Source: Lingula anatina (lineage: Eukaryota > Animalia > Brachiopoda). From it: a stretch of DNA of 64,000 nt. A program made the translations under genes and the position numbers. Numbering within the stretch: the stretch's first letter is position 1; each line of letters opens with the position of its first letter. The notes under the pieces were generated by a model, which saw only the letters and a program-made list of their open reading frames with translations, ran no database searches and was not told the origin of the DNA. The stretch lies in the NCBI GenBank assembly GCA_051362555.1, contig CM120649.1, positions 16,940,567-17,004,566 on the forward strand, read 5' to 3'. Below, in pieces: positions 12,420 through 24,006 of the stretch.

Positions 12420-12552
12420 TGACTCATTTTAATTTTTAATCAAAACTTTTCTCTTTTATTTCCTTGTCGAATTCTATAAATACAACCCTTTCAAAATTCT
12501 AATAAACAGAATTTCTTCAGCGAATTCAGAGCGCAGCGACTGACAAGCAAAG
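12420..12552 (+). promoter_or_regulatory. Promoter and non-coding exon 1 of copy 3
   Basis: TGACTCA at 12420-12426, TATAAATA at 12475-12482, donor AAAG|GTACTG after 12552. Confidence 0.65.
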
Positions 12553-13825
12553 GTACTGTAATTTCGTTTTTATATTATTTTGCTTTTTAAATCGTATGCA
12601 GTGTATAAAGAAAAATGGTTCACTACTCGAATTGGAACTCAAAATAGGCGCCGTTTTTTATATATTTTAGTAATATCACATTCAGCTTCTGCTTATTTTG
12701 TGTTTGATGTTGGTTTACATCTATTTTGGATAATAAAGAAACACTGCAGGAGTTCATAGAGGTAAAAGTAAGGCTGGTCATTCTTGTACCTTTATTCGTA
12801 AAGGTCACTGTTTTAAAACTTAAGTGCAAAATTGATAACATTCAAATATGCGTTCAGTTTTGGAGATCCACTCATAAATGTACATCCAAAATTAATTTAA
12901 AGGAAGTTGTTTTGATTGCAAGGTCATATGGTCAGAAATTTCTGTATCATTTCCCCAAAAAAGAACACAAGCCAAGATTTCACGCCAAAACTCGAAATTT
13001 ACTGGGATAGATGGAATTTTCCCCCGACTTACCAACCTTAAATCTCCCTTTTGTGACACTCACCATAACCCTGTAACAATTTTTTTGAAAAATTAAAAAA
13101 AAATTCAAAACCTGCGCTTCAGCGCTGGATTGTCACAACGACTTTCTACAAAGGTTGAATATGGTTACTTTTTGCGCTGTTGATTAAGGCCATCTTTCTG
13201 TCAATTTATGCTTTAAAATTTGTAATTGTCCCCAGGTTAATTCAACGAGCAGCAATTCGTGCTCGTAGAATGCCTTTCACATTCCTGTCTTTTGTCTCTT
13301 AAAGTCGTAAAACACGACGGTCTGCCTCTGAGGCATTATGAAAGATAACCTCTGGTTACAGGGTCCGCTAGTTACTAATCTGTTACAATATTAGATATGA
13401 TATCAGAGGACAATGAAAGAATATATGAACGTGAAACAGGATGGTTTGAAACAACAGGAACGCAATGGACATTTTCCTTAACGGATGTTTGGTCTAAATT
13501 GAAATTTATCAATATTCATTTTCCTCTTTATGGAAATCGCCGTGATGGCTTAGTTTGTTTGGTGTCGTGTAAAGCTTTGCCAGGCCAGGCGGGACAATTA
13601 ACAGCCCAATTTGATGTAAAATCCCTCGCAAGTGCAGACGGCGCCGTAGGTCTATTTCCGTGTAAATCTTGAGGGCGAGTTGGCTTTAGTTTAGTTAGCG
13701 GATTTTTAACAAATCATCAGTTGCCACCTGATGGCAAACGTTGTGCACTCTGTAGGCCTATATTGTTTAGTATTATTATTGTTATTATTATTTAAAATTT
13801 CTTTTCTTTCAGACAAATTTTCGTG

Positions 13826-15902
13826 ATGACGAAGTTTCTGACTAGCCTAGTAATACTGGGTTTGACGGGCCTGAACGCGGTGGCTGGACTATTTCCGTTA
13901 ACAATTCACCCCCCTCCCACTGATTACACACTCCCACCCCCCACTGGAGACACACCACCACCACCACCCACTGATGATACAGAAGGATTTCCCGAAAATC
14001 CAGACGGCGCTATATTCAGAACAAATCTCGAGGACGGGACGTTGATAGTGACCGGGTTCTCAACAAACCAAGCCACGTCACCGGATGGTAAACACTACCC
14101 AGCGTGAGTATATTCACTTCTGGGTCGTCTGTGCTGATCCTGTATATTAACCTGGCTTTTTTCATTTTTTGCTTTGCTTTTTCCCCTTTTTCTTGTTCAT
14201 TACTCTCTTACTTTATCTCTTCCTTCCTACTCTTTTTTTAAATTTCGCATTACCTGTCCGTACGCGCCTTTCTTCAAATATTATACTTCTTTTATTATTA
14301 AACTATAAGATATTTTCATGTAACATGCATAATTCGATCTATGTAAGTAAGTTCTGTTTGGATGTTTAGTCTGTGATCAATTAGAAATACACATGCACAT
14401 TATTTCAACAGGGAGGTCCACGAACATAGCGAATTCCCCACACACCAACCAGAAGGTGCAGACGACTCTCACCCACAAGACGGCGTCTCTGACATACAGG
14501 CGCACCCCCACCTGGTGGCCAAGCGGCAGATCAGGTGTAACACTAATAACTTTTTTCTTCGATTGTTACAATACAATACGTATAACAAGGGAATCAAGAC
14601 ATAACAAGTAATTTGTGAATCCCTATGTCCTCGGATTAAAGTAAAACTCTTCTCGTATTATCCCTTACCTCTTCAGCAACCCGCGATTGCATTGGTAAAT
14701 TCAACATTTGAAAAAGATCAGCACGTACATGTAGAACCAGAAAAATTACACAAGCCTAGACATGCTTTACGAACTAACTGAATTAGGGTCCCAGACTCGT
14801 AGAACTTGGGACTGGAAAATTACTAATCTGCCAAAAGTCAGAAAAATAAAAAAAATTTATATTAATTTCATCTGTAGTTTACTTTAAAACACAACGCCTT
14901 TTACATATAAGATTATTGTCAATTATTTCATATATATTTGTCCATTCCAGTCAGATTAGTTATTGCCGGACGGTGCATTACTGGGTCAGGCCGTGGTGGG
15001 TGTACTGGGGAAATATTTGGTGGCCCGTCATGAACTCCCCCTGGTGGGGATGGCACTGGCATCACTGGTGGTATTGTTTGTAAGTTTTCATTGCATTACA
15101 TCCATTTCCTACTCGATGAATTAAAATAGTGATATTTTTTTAATTGTAGTACTTTTATTAACTACTCTATGAGCAAGAAATAATGATGAAATATCGGTTT
15201 GAAATTTGCGTGCTTCTACTTTGAAGCTTCGTCTCCTTGACAGTTGTATTTCTTTACTAGTTTGAAATAGTATAAAAGTACCCATGCCCAATAGGGTCCT
15301 ATAAACTTTTCTATAAGATCCAACAGAAAATTCACGTAGGAAACTTTTGAAATATCCATATTTGGACCAATAAGGTCGCTAGAGTAAGTTTTTAAAGGTC
15401 TTGCACATAGTGCCAAGCGCGGCGCGATGCGGTGAATTTCATTTCCATTAATAAGACGTTACGTCCTGGTGCAGTGTTGATTGTTGCCTCATCTTTTTTT
15501 CATACGCAGCCACAAAGCCAAGACTACGAGCACTAAAATAGACACAAGTGTAATTAAGTCATTTGTTTTCAATGCAACTATGAATAGCCACAGCTGCCTT
15601 CTTGATATGGGATAACCAAACCATAATTAAATATATAAATAAACTGAACGTCGAACGTTCATTTACGTATCAAAATGAGTTGCTGCTAGTTGAAATCATT
15701 TGATTATTCTTACTTTTTCAGACCAGGTCGATGCAGAGCCGTCATGTTTGAAGGAAGAAGGTTTAGATATTTGTGCTCGCGTTGTAGAACGGAGTGGGGC
15801 TGGAAACGTGTGCCGGTGTGGTATTACTGGATCCCGCGCTGGATATGGATCCGCGCACCTGTCGGGTGTTGCTGCGACATTAGGAATCAGTGGTGGTGCT
15901 AG
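13826..15902 (+). CDS. Secreted Trp-rich cystine-knot precursor, copy 3 (236 aa), with Pro/Thr/Asp-rich insert after the signal peptide
   Basis: Exons 13826-14103, 14412-14534, 14951-15079, 15722-15902. Cleavage site VAKR|QISQISYC. Reading frame intact. Non-coding exon 1 ends at 12552. AATAAA at 16255-16260. Confidence 0.85.
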
Positions 15903-16399
15903 TCTACACGTCACGTGATGTCACGCCGTCTGATTATCTTCAACAAAATAAAAAAAATACATGCACTGGCATAAATATTGCTTTGTAGGTAGCACTGGAG
16001 TATAATACGTTGATAGATATTTATGACAGAGCAATCGGTCCATAATTCTAATATACCACACGTTATCTACCGCGTAACTTTTTGTCTGAAGTACAGAATA
16101 AGCTATTACTTGGACTTTTGATTTTCCACGTTTAGATTTAAAGCTGACTACCGGTATTTGTTTTAGGCCTACTGAGATTTAATATATATAGTATTGTGTA
16201 ACCATATCTCTCTCTCTCTCTCTCTCCCTCTGTACCAGTATAGAAAGACGCGTGAATAAAGATATCAAATACGAATGGCTTTGATGTTGTTTGTTTACGT
16301 CAATTAATCATCTAAACTTAACCAAAACTGTTACGTTGCCTAAGACAGTGCCTTGTTTCCCTGGCATAAAAATGTTCTTGTGCTCTCCTCAATTGACAA

Positions 16400-16916
16400 A
16401 ATCTTAGATCCACCAAAATTATTTATCAAATCAACAAATCAGTATTTAATCTATCAGTTTGTTCTTTTATTTAGCACCATCATAGACGTATGTCTTGAAT
16501 TGCTTTAAATGTAACGGTTGCCTATTTCAAAATTACTGAAATTGAAACTGCACCTTTTATGGTCTTGACCGGAAAAGGTCTGTCTGAATAAAAAATTAAG
16601 CCAACACCTGTAAAATAATTATATAATTTTCAGATATTTGTTTTTTTCATAATAATCATGTGTAAAAAGTGTAAATCTTGATGTACCATATTAAAAAGAT
16701 TCAACTAAGCTCGGTTTACGTTACTGATTTATTTATTTGTAAGAACACAGATCAGTGTCACTCACGCTATAGCTACTTACATAAATTCATTATATTTTAT
16801 CTACAGTGGGTGTCATATTTACCCTGTAGTGATTGTTTGTCTGATTTACACATATCTGCCTTCTCAAACAAAAGGAATTTTTACAACATTCCCCAGGTGG
16901 ACTTTTCTACGTTATT

Positions 16917-16951
<35 letters not shown>

Positions 16952-17388
16952 TATTTTTATTTTATTATTTTTTTTTTGCATCTTTAAAAATTAATCAATT
17001 CAGTTAAATGCACTCCCTGGCTATTAACGGAATTAACACAGCTTTTAACTTTAATTTTGGAATCATACTTAGCCAGAGTTCCTTTTTTAATTTCTTTTAA
17101 TTCCATTTGTAAATTTTATGTTCTGCTTTACCAACAGTTGAGAACATCTCCCGCCTTGAAAGGCATACATTTAATATAAAGAATATTCGGTTCTCCCTTG
17201 CATAACAAGGCTAGGGCAGTTTTTCACATGGGTATTGGTTTTGTCTTTAAATTCTATGCAATTGATGCTATCTTCTGTTTTTACATGGAAAATGACTTAA
17301 GTAATCATCTTCCATACTGGAAATACGTGTAAATTATTCACCCACTCAAGTCATTTGCTAAGTAATATTCAATGCTCAATAGAAATTT
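16400..17388. repeat. Segmental duplicate of the region downstream of the ATG3 stop (probable 3' UTR; matches about 22270-23230)
   Basis: Long near-identical alignment, e.g. 17000-17385 versus 22832-23228. It ends at a sharp junction with the promoter sequence seen at 11821. Confidence 0.85.
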
Positions 17389-18001
17389 CGTTTTAAGTAC
17401 GCACTACATTTAAAAGATATAAAATGAATATTCAGTAAAGGGTTACTTAACAGCAGCAAAACAGGTATCATTTCAAAAACGTGTTTTAAACAGCCGTGTT
17501 TTAAACAGCCAAATCCACCAAGGAGATCATCAGGTACCTCGCAGAATGCTTTAATTGCTTTGAATGCATTAATAAATTACCATCGAATCGATTTAAATGT
17601 ACTTATAAAAATAGCTATCATGAAGATAAGCAACAGGAAATGACGTGCAACGAAAAATCGGATCTTGGTCGCTTTTTCGATACTTAATGTCCGACGTAAA
17701 TTCCCCCTTTCCATTCAATCAAAACACTGAGTGAAATTTTGATTGGCCTTTTTTTTCAGTAACCAACAGATTTGTTGTTTGATGTAGACAGTTGCAAATC
17801 TCGCATATTTATTAAAGAAATTAAATGAAATTGACGTTTTCAGGTTGAAAATTACTCGTTCATTTTTTCTTGTTATTTATTAATTTATTAATTCATCCAT
17901 TTTATTTTGTCTTTGACAGATGGATAAATGCCAAAACATTCATATAAATCATGTTGTTTTTGTCAGATTTTTTTAATAATCAGTTGGGTGGCCCTGAATA
18001 A

Positions 18002-18134
18002 TGACTCATTTTAATTTATAATCGAAACTTTTCTCTTTTATTTCCTTGACGAATTCTATAAATACGACCCTTTCAAAATTCCAATAAACAGAATTTCTTC
18101 AGTGAATTCAGAGAGCAGCGACTAACAAGCAAAG
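18002..18134 (+). promoter_or_regulatory. Promoter and non-coding exon 1 of copy 4
   Basis: TGACTCA at 18002-18008, TATAAATA at 18057-18064, donor AAAG|GTATTG after 18134. Confidence 0.65.
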
Positions 18135-19131
18135 GTATTGTAATTCCGTTTTTATATAATTTTGCTTTATAAATCGTATGCAGTGCATAAGGAAAAATGG
18201 TTCACTACTCAAACTGGAACTCAAAATAGCCGGCGTCTGTTATATTTTGGTAATATCACATTAAATTTCTGCTTATTTTGCTGTTGGTTTACATCTATTT
18301 CGGCTAATAAAGAAACACTGCAGAAGTTCATAGAGGTAAAAGTTAGGCTGGGCATACTTATATTATATTATACGTGTAACTTAATTCGTAAAGGTCACTG
18401 TTTTAAAAGTGCAAAATTGATAACATTCAAAAATGCGTTCAGTTTTGGAGATCCACTCATGTGCATGCAAAAATTAATTTAGTAGTTGTTTGATTGCAAT
18501 GTCGTAGGCCTATGTTAAAAATTTCTGTATCATTTTCCCATAAAAGAACACAAGCCAGGGTTTTCACGCCAAAACTCACATTTATCGAAATTTCCTGGGA
18601 TAAATGGAATTTTTCCCCAACTTCCCAACCTTAAATCTTCCTTTTGTGACACTCACCATAAACCTGTAACAATATTTTTGAAAAATAAAAAAAATCAAAA
18701 CCTGCGCTTTGAACAGCGCTGGCTTGTCACAACGACTGACCACAAAGGTTGAATATGGTTACTTTTTGCGGAGGCCATCTTTCTGTCAATTTATGCTTCA
18801 AAAGTTGTAATTGTCCTCAGGTTATTTCAACAAGAAGCACTTTGTGCTCGTAGAATGCTTTCAAAATCCTGTCTTTTGTCTCTTAAAGTTGAAAAACACG
18901 ATGGATTGCTTCTGAGGCATTATATAAGGTAAACCCTGACTACAGGGTCCGCTAGTTACCTCTCGCTATTACATCCCGTGTAAATTATTGAGGACAGGCT
19001 GGCTGTATTTAGTGGATTCTCAACAAATCATCAATTGCCACCTGATGGTAAACCGTAAACATACTCTGTATATTGTTTATTATTATCATTAATAAATTTA
19101 AGCCTTCTTTTCTTTCAGAAAAATTGTCGTG

Positions 19132-21854
19132 ATGACGAAGTTTCTGACAAGCCTTGTGGTGCTCGGTTTGACGGGCCTGAACGCGGTGGCTGGACTAATA
19201 ATTAGAGAACCGTATCCTACTTTGTTCCCCTTCAATCGCACATATGATCCCCCAATTGAATACACACCACCACCACCTACTGAAGACACAAAACCACCAC
19301 CACCACCAACAACCCCCACTGATGATATAGGATTCCCCGAAAATCCAGACGGTGCTATATTCAGAACAACTCTCGAGGACGGGACGGCGGTAGTGACCGG
19401 GTTCTCAACAAACCAAGCCACGGCACCGGATGGCAAACACTACCCAGCGTGAGTGTATTCACATCTGGGTCTTCTTTGACTGGAAAGCACGCGATGTGCT
19501 GCTCCTGTATATTAACTTGACGTTTCTTTCCTTCCTTTTCTTTTCTTTTTTCTTTGCTTTATTCCCTTTTTTCTTGTTCATAAGTTATTTTCTTTCTTCC
19601 CTCCTACTCTTTTTTATTGAGATAAGACAAGAGTTCATTTAGCCAATTATAAAAATCGGAAATCATTTTCCTTGTGGAGCAAGTTTAATAATACACAGAG
19701 TAAAAGTACTACAAAAGATAAATTAAGAATTTGGTTTTGAGATCAAATTAAAATGCGTCACTGCACTTGGGTAAAAGCTGTTTAAAACGCGTTTACTACC
19801 CTTAAAAGTTTTAAGTCTACTAGTGCTTGGTAAAAACGTAAAAAGTGGTGATGCAGGATGAGAAGAGTCTTCCATGGTGTTAACAGTTATTTTCTCCACT
19901 ATTAATTATACGATATTCCATGTAACATACATTGTTCGATCTATTTAAATATGTTTTCCTTGACTTTGTTTGTGATCTCTTAACAATATACGTTTACATT
20001 ATTTCAACAGGGAGGTCCACGAGCATAGCGAATTCCCCACACACCAACCAGATGGTGCAGACGACTCTCACCCACAGGACGGCGTCTCTGACATAGGCCT
20101 ACAGGCGCATCCCCACCTGGTGGCCAAGCGGCAGATTAGGTACTGCACGTAACACTAATAACTTTTTTCGTCGATTCTTACATACAATACAATGCAATAC
20201 AATGGCAGATCTGGCGTGCGTAGGTGGGAAAAAATCTCGTGCACTCTTCCCGCTTAGCTCCAGAGGCGCACGGTACCCCTTTTCCTCTAAAAACAGTGTA
20301 ACAAGGGAATCGAGACAAAACCAAGCAATTTATCAATCCCTGTGACCTCGGATATTTAAACTGTTCTCGACTACTATTCTATCCCCTACCTCTTTAGGAA
20401 CGATACCAAGGACCAGCAATTGCATTGGTAAATTCAACGTTTGAAAAAGATCAGCGTCTAGAACCAGAAAAATTACACAAGCCTTGGCATGCTTTATTAC
20501 GAACTTACTGAATTAGGGTCCCAGACTCGTAGAACTTGAGACTGGAAAATTACTAATTTACCAAAAGTCAGAAAAAAAAATTATATTAATTTCATCTGTA
20601 GTTTACTTCAAAACACAGCACCTTTTCTATATAAAGTAATTGTCTAATATTTCGTACATAATTTTACATTCCAGTTTGATTGGTCAGTGTCGGACGGTGC
20701 ATTACTGGGTCAGGCCGTGGTAGGTTTACTGGGGAAATATTTGGTGGCCTGTCATGAACTCCCCCTGGTGGGGATGGCACTGGAATTACTGGTGGTATTG
20801 TTTGTAAGTTTTCATTGTATTACATCCATTTCCTACTCCTTGAATTAAAATAGAGATAATTTTACTTAAATTGTAGTACCTTTATTAACTATTTTTAAGT
20901 AAGAAATAATGAGGAAATATCGGTTTGAAATTTCCGTGCGTTTACTTTGAATCTCCGTCTCCTTCCCCATTGACAGTTGTATTTCTTTGCTAGTTTGAAA
21001 TAGTATAGAAGTACTCATGTCCAAAAGGGTCTTTAAACTTTTCCATAAGATCCAACAGGAAATTCACAGGTCCGTAGCCAGCAATTTTAGAGGTGGGGTG
21101 GGGTTCGTTTTCTGAAAAGGTGGACCTTTTACCATAAAGTCCTCAAGTACATAGATCAAATTGTACCCAGAGTGGACCTTTTCCCAGCAAAAAGGGTGGT
21201 TCTTTTGAACCCCCCCTCCCCTGGCTACGGGCCTGATTAATGTAGGAAACTTTTGAAATACCCATATTTGGACCAATAAGGTCGAGAGAGTCAGTTTTTG
21301 TTTTGTTCTTGTACATAGTGCCAAGCGTGGCCCGATGCGGTGAATTTCATTTCCATTGATAAGACGTTGCGTCCTGGTACAGTGTTGATTTGTAGCCTCA
21401 TCTTTATTCATACCCAGGCACAAAGCCAAGACTAAGAGCACTAAAATAGACACAAGTGTAATTAAGTCAATTGTTTTCAATGCAACTATGAATTGCCACA
21501 GTTGTCTTCTGGATATGGGATAACCAAACGATAAATAAATAAATAAACGTTCCTTTATAAAGAAAACGTGGGCCAACAGGAGGGGAAACCAATTTAGAAC
21601 TATAAAATATGTGTACATATATCAAAATGTGCTACTACTAGTTGCAAACATTTAATTATTCTTAATTTTTCAGGCCAAGCCAATGCAGAGTCGGGGTTTA
21701 TGATGCCGGGTGGTATAGATATCTGTGCTCGCGTTGTAGAACGGAGTGGGGCTGGAAACGTGTGCCGATATGGTTTTACTGGAATCCGCGCTGGGTATGG
21801 ATCCGCGCACCTGTCGGGTGTTGCTGCGACATTAGGAGACAGTGGTGGTGCTAG
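19132..21854 (+). pseudogene. Trp-rich cystine-knot precursor, copy 4, with in-frame TAG in the third coding exon (pseudogene, null allele, or alternatively spliced)
   Basis: Exons 19132-19448, 20011-20139, 20675-20803, 21674-21854. TGG>TAG at 20721-20723 where the other three copies have Trp. All splice sites and all 9 Cys are otherwise intact (251 aa if the stop were read through). Confidence 0.75.
21067..21235. mobile_element. MITE, same family as 434-630, opposite orientation
   Basis: Termini CAGGTCCGTAGCCAG / CTGGCTACGGGCCTG; degenerate TSD ATTCA/ATTAA. The site in copy 3 (about 15335) is empty. Confidence 0.8.
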
Positions 21855-23311
21855 TCTACACGACACGTGACGTCACGCCGTTTGATTATCTTCAAAATGC
21901 ACGCGCATATATATACTGCTTTGTAGGTAGCACTGGAGTATAATACGTCAATAGATATTTATGGCACAGCAATCGATACAAAATTCTTATAGACTACCAC
22001 ATGTAACTTTTTGTCCAAAGTACAGAATAAGCTGACTTATTTATGTTTAGATCTGAAGCTGACTACCGGTATTTGTTTTAGGCCTACTGAGATTTAATAC
22101 ATAGTATTGTGCAACCATCTCTCTCTCTGTCTGTACGAGTATAGAAAGATGCGTGAATAAAGAAATCAAATATGGATGGCTTTGATGTTGTTTGTTAACA
22201 TCAGTTAATCATCTAAACTTAACCAAAACTGTGACGTTGCCTAAGACAGTGACTTGCTTCCCTCGCATAAAAATCCACCACAATTATTAATCAAATCAAC
22301 TAATCGGTAATTAATCTATCAGTTTGTTGTTTTATTTAGCACCAGAAGCAGTCAGAAAAGCATGTTTTTCTTGTTTTTTTTAAGTATAAATTTTGCCTTT
22401 TTCAAAATGACTGAAATTGAAACAACTGCACCTTTTATGGTCTCGACCGAAAAAGGTCTATCTGAATCAAAAATTTAGCCAACACCTGCAAAATAATTTC
22501 ATAATTTTCAGATATTTGTTTTCCTCATCATCATATGCCATGTAAAATAGGGAAAATCTTGATGTGCCCTACTAAAAAGATTCAACCAAGCTCAGTTTAT
22601 ATTATTCACTGATTTATTTATTTGTAAGAACGCAGGTCAGTGTCACTCACGCTATAGCTACTTACATAAATTCAAAATCTTGTATCTACAGTGGGTGCAA
22701 TTTTTACCCTGTAGTGACTGTTTCTCTGATTTACAAATGTCCGCCTCCTCAAACAAAAGGAGTTTATACAACGTTCCTCAGGTGGACTTTTCTACAATAT
22801 TTTTGCATTTTTTTCGGGCATCTCTGAAAATTAAACCATTCAGTTAAATGCACTCCCTGGCTATTAACGGAATTAATACAGCTTTTACTTTCAATGTTGG
22901 AATCATATTTAGCCAGAGTTCTTTTTTTAATTTCTTTAATTCCATTTGTAAATTTTATGTTCTGCTTTACCAACAGTTGAGAACATCTCCCGCCTTGAAA
23001 AGCATACATTTAATATAAAGAATATTCGGTTCTCCCTTGCATAACAAAGCTAGGGCAGTTTTTCACTGGGGTCTTGGTTTTGTCTTCAAATTCTATGCAA
23101 TTGATGCTATCTTCTGTTTTTACATGGAAAATGATTAAAGTAATCACCTTCCATACTGGAAATACGTGTAATCGAACTGATTCACCCAGTCAAGTCATTT
23201 GTTAAGTAATATTCAATGCTCAATAGGAATTCCCATCTTCCTTCTGATTTATACAGTAAAATATCATGTTATGTGACACTCTGATATGGAAACTCATGCT
23301 CTCCTACTGGT

Positions 23312-23973
23312 CTACATAGTAAAGTGTCTTGTGTAGTCATATTCTATACTTGGAATGACTGCTTGCACAAACTTGAGGAAAATCATAAGGTACATATGAA
23401 CCCCAAGCTCCCCGCCTCCCTCAGCGACAGTCTGAATTATCTTCTTCATCACCTCGGCATGTCTGGAGTTAAAGAGAGTAATGATTTAGGGTTAAGAATC
23501 AAGTCACAGAGATAAATCATCAAAATCATCAGACACAAGGGTGGTTTACTAACTGGCAGTAGTACATTACTGTGCTGTCAAATGCTCTGAAATATTCCTT
23601 CTCACAACTAGCCCTTTTCTTTCGTTTAGCCCTTTGACCCTTTGACCCCCTTTTTCTTTTTTTTTTTTTTGAGAAAATTGATCTTTAATTTGATGATATG
23701 TGCATTATGGGATAAACTGAAATATATGATTATAGAAATACAAAAGTTTTGAAATCTATCTATCTATCTATCTATCTATCTGACACTTCCCATAGAGCAA
23801 TACATACCAGGATATTGCATAAATGCATTAAACTGAGGGATCTATACAAAAGAATTGTAGATACAAGCTACTAAAACTGGATTCAAATATTCCCCAACAG
23901 TACCATGGTAACAATATATCCAGGGATGCTAGTGGGGTCCGAAAAGAAAACCTGAACTTTTTTTTGGCAAAGA

Positions 23974-24006
<33 letters not shown>

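Noticed and set aside
15696-15914. Conserved minus-strand ORFs opposite the first and last coding exons (also 692-979, 7184-7372, 9310-9495, 19098-19436, 21600-21866)
   Set aside because: Antisense shadows of conserved coding exons, with no consistent start, stop or splice signals.
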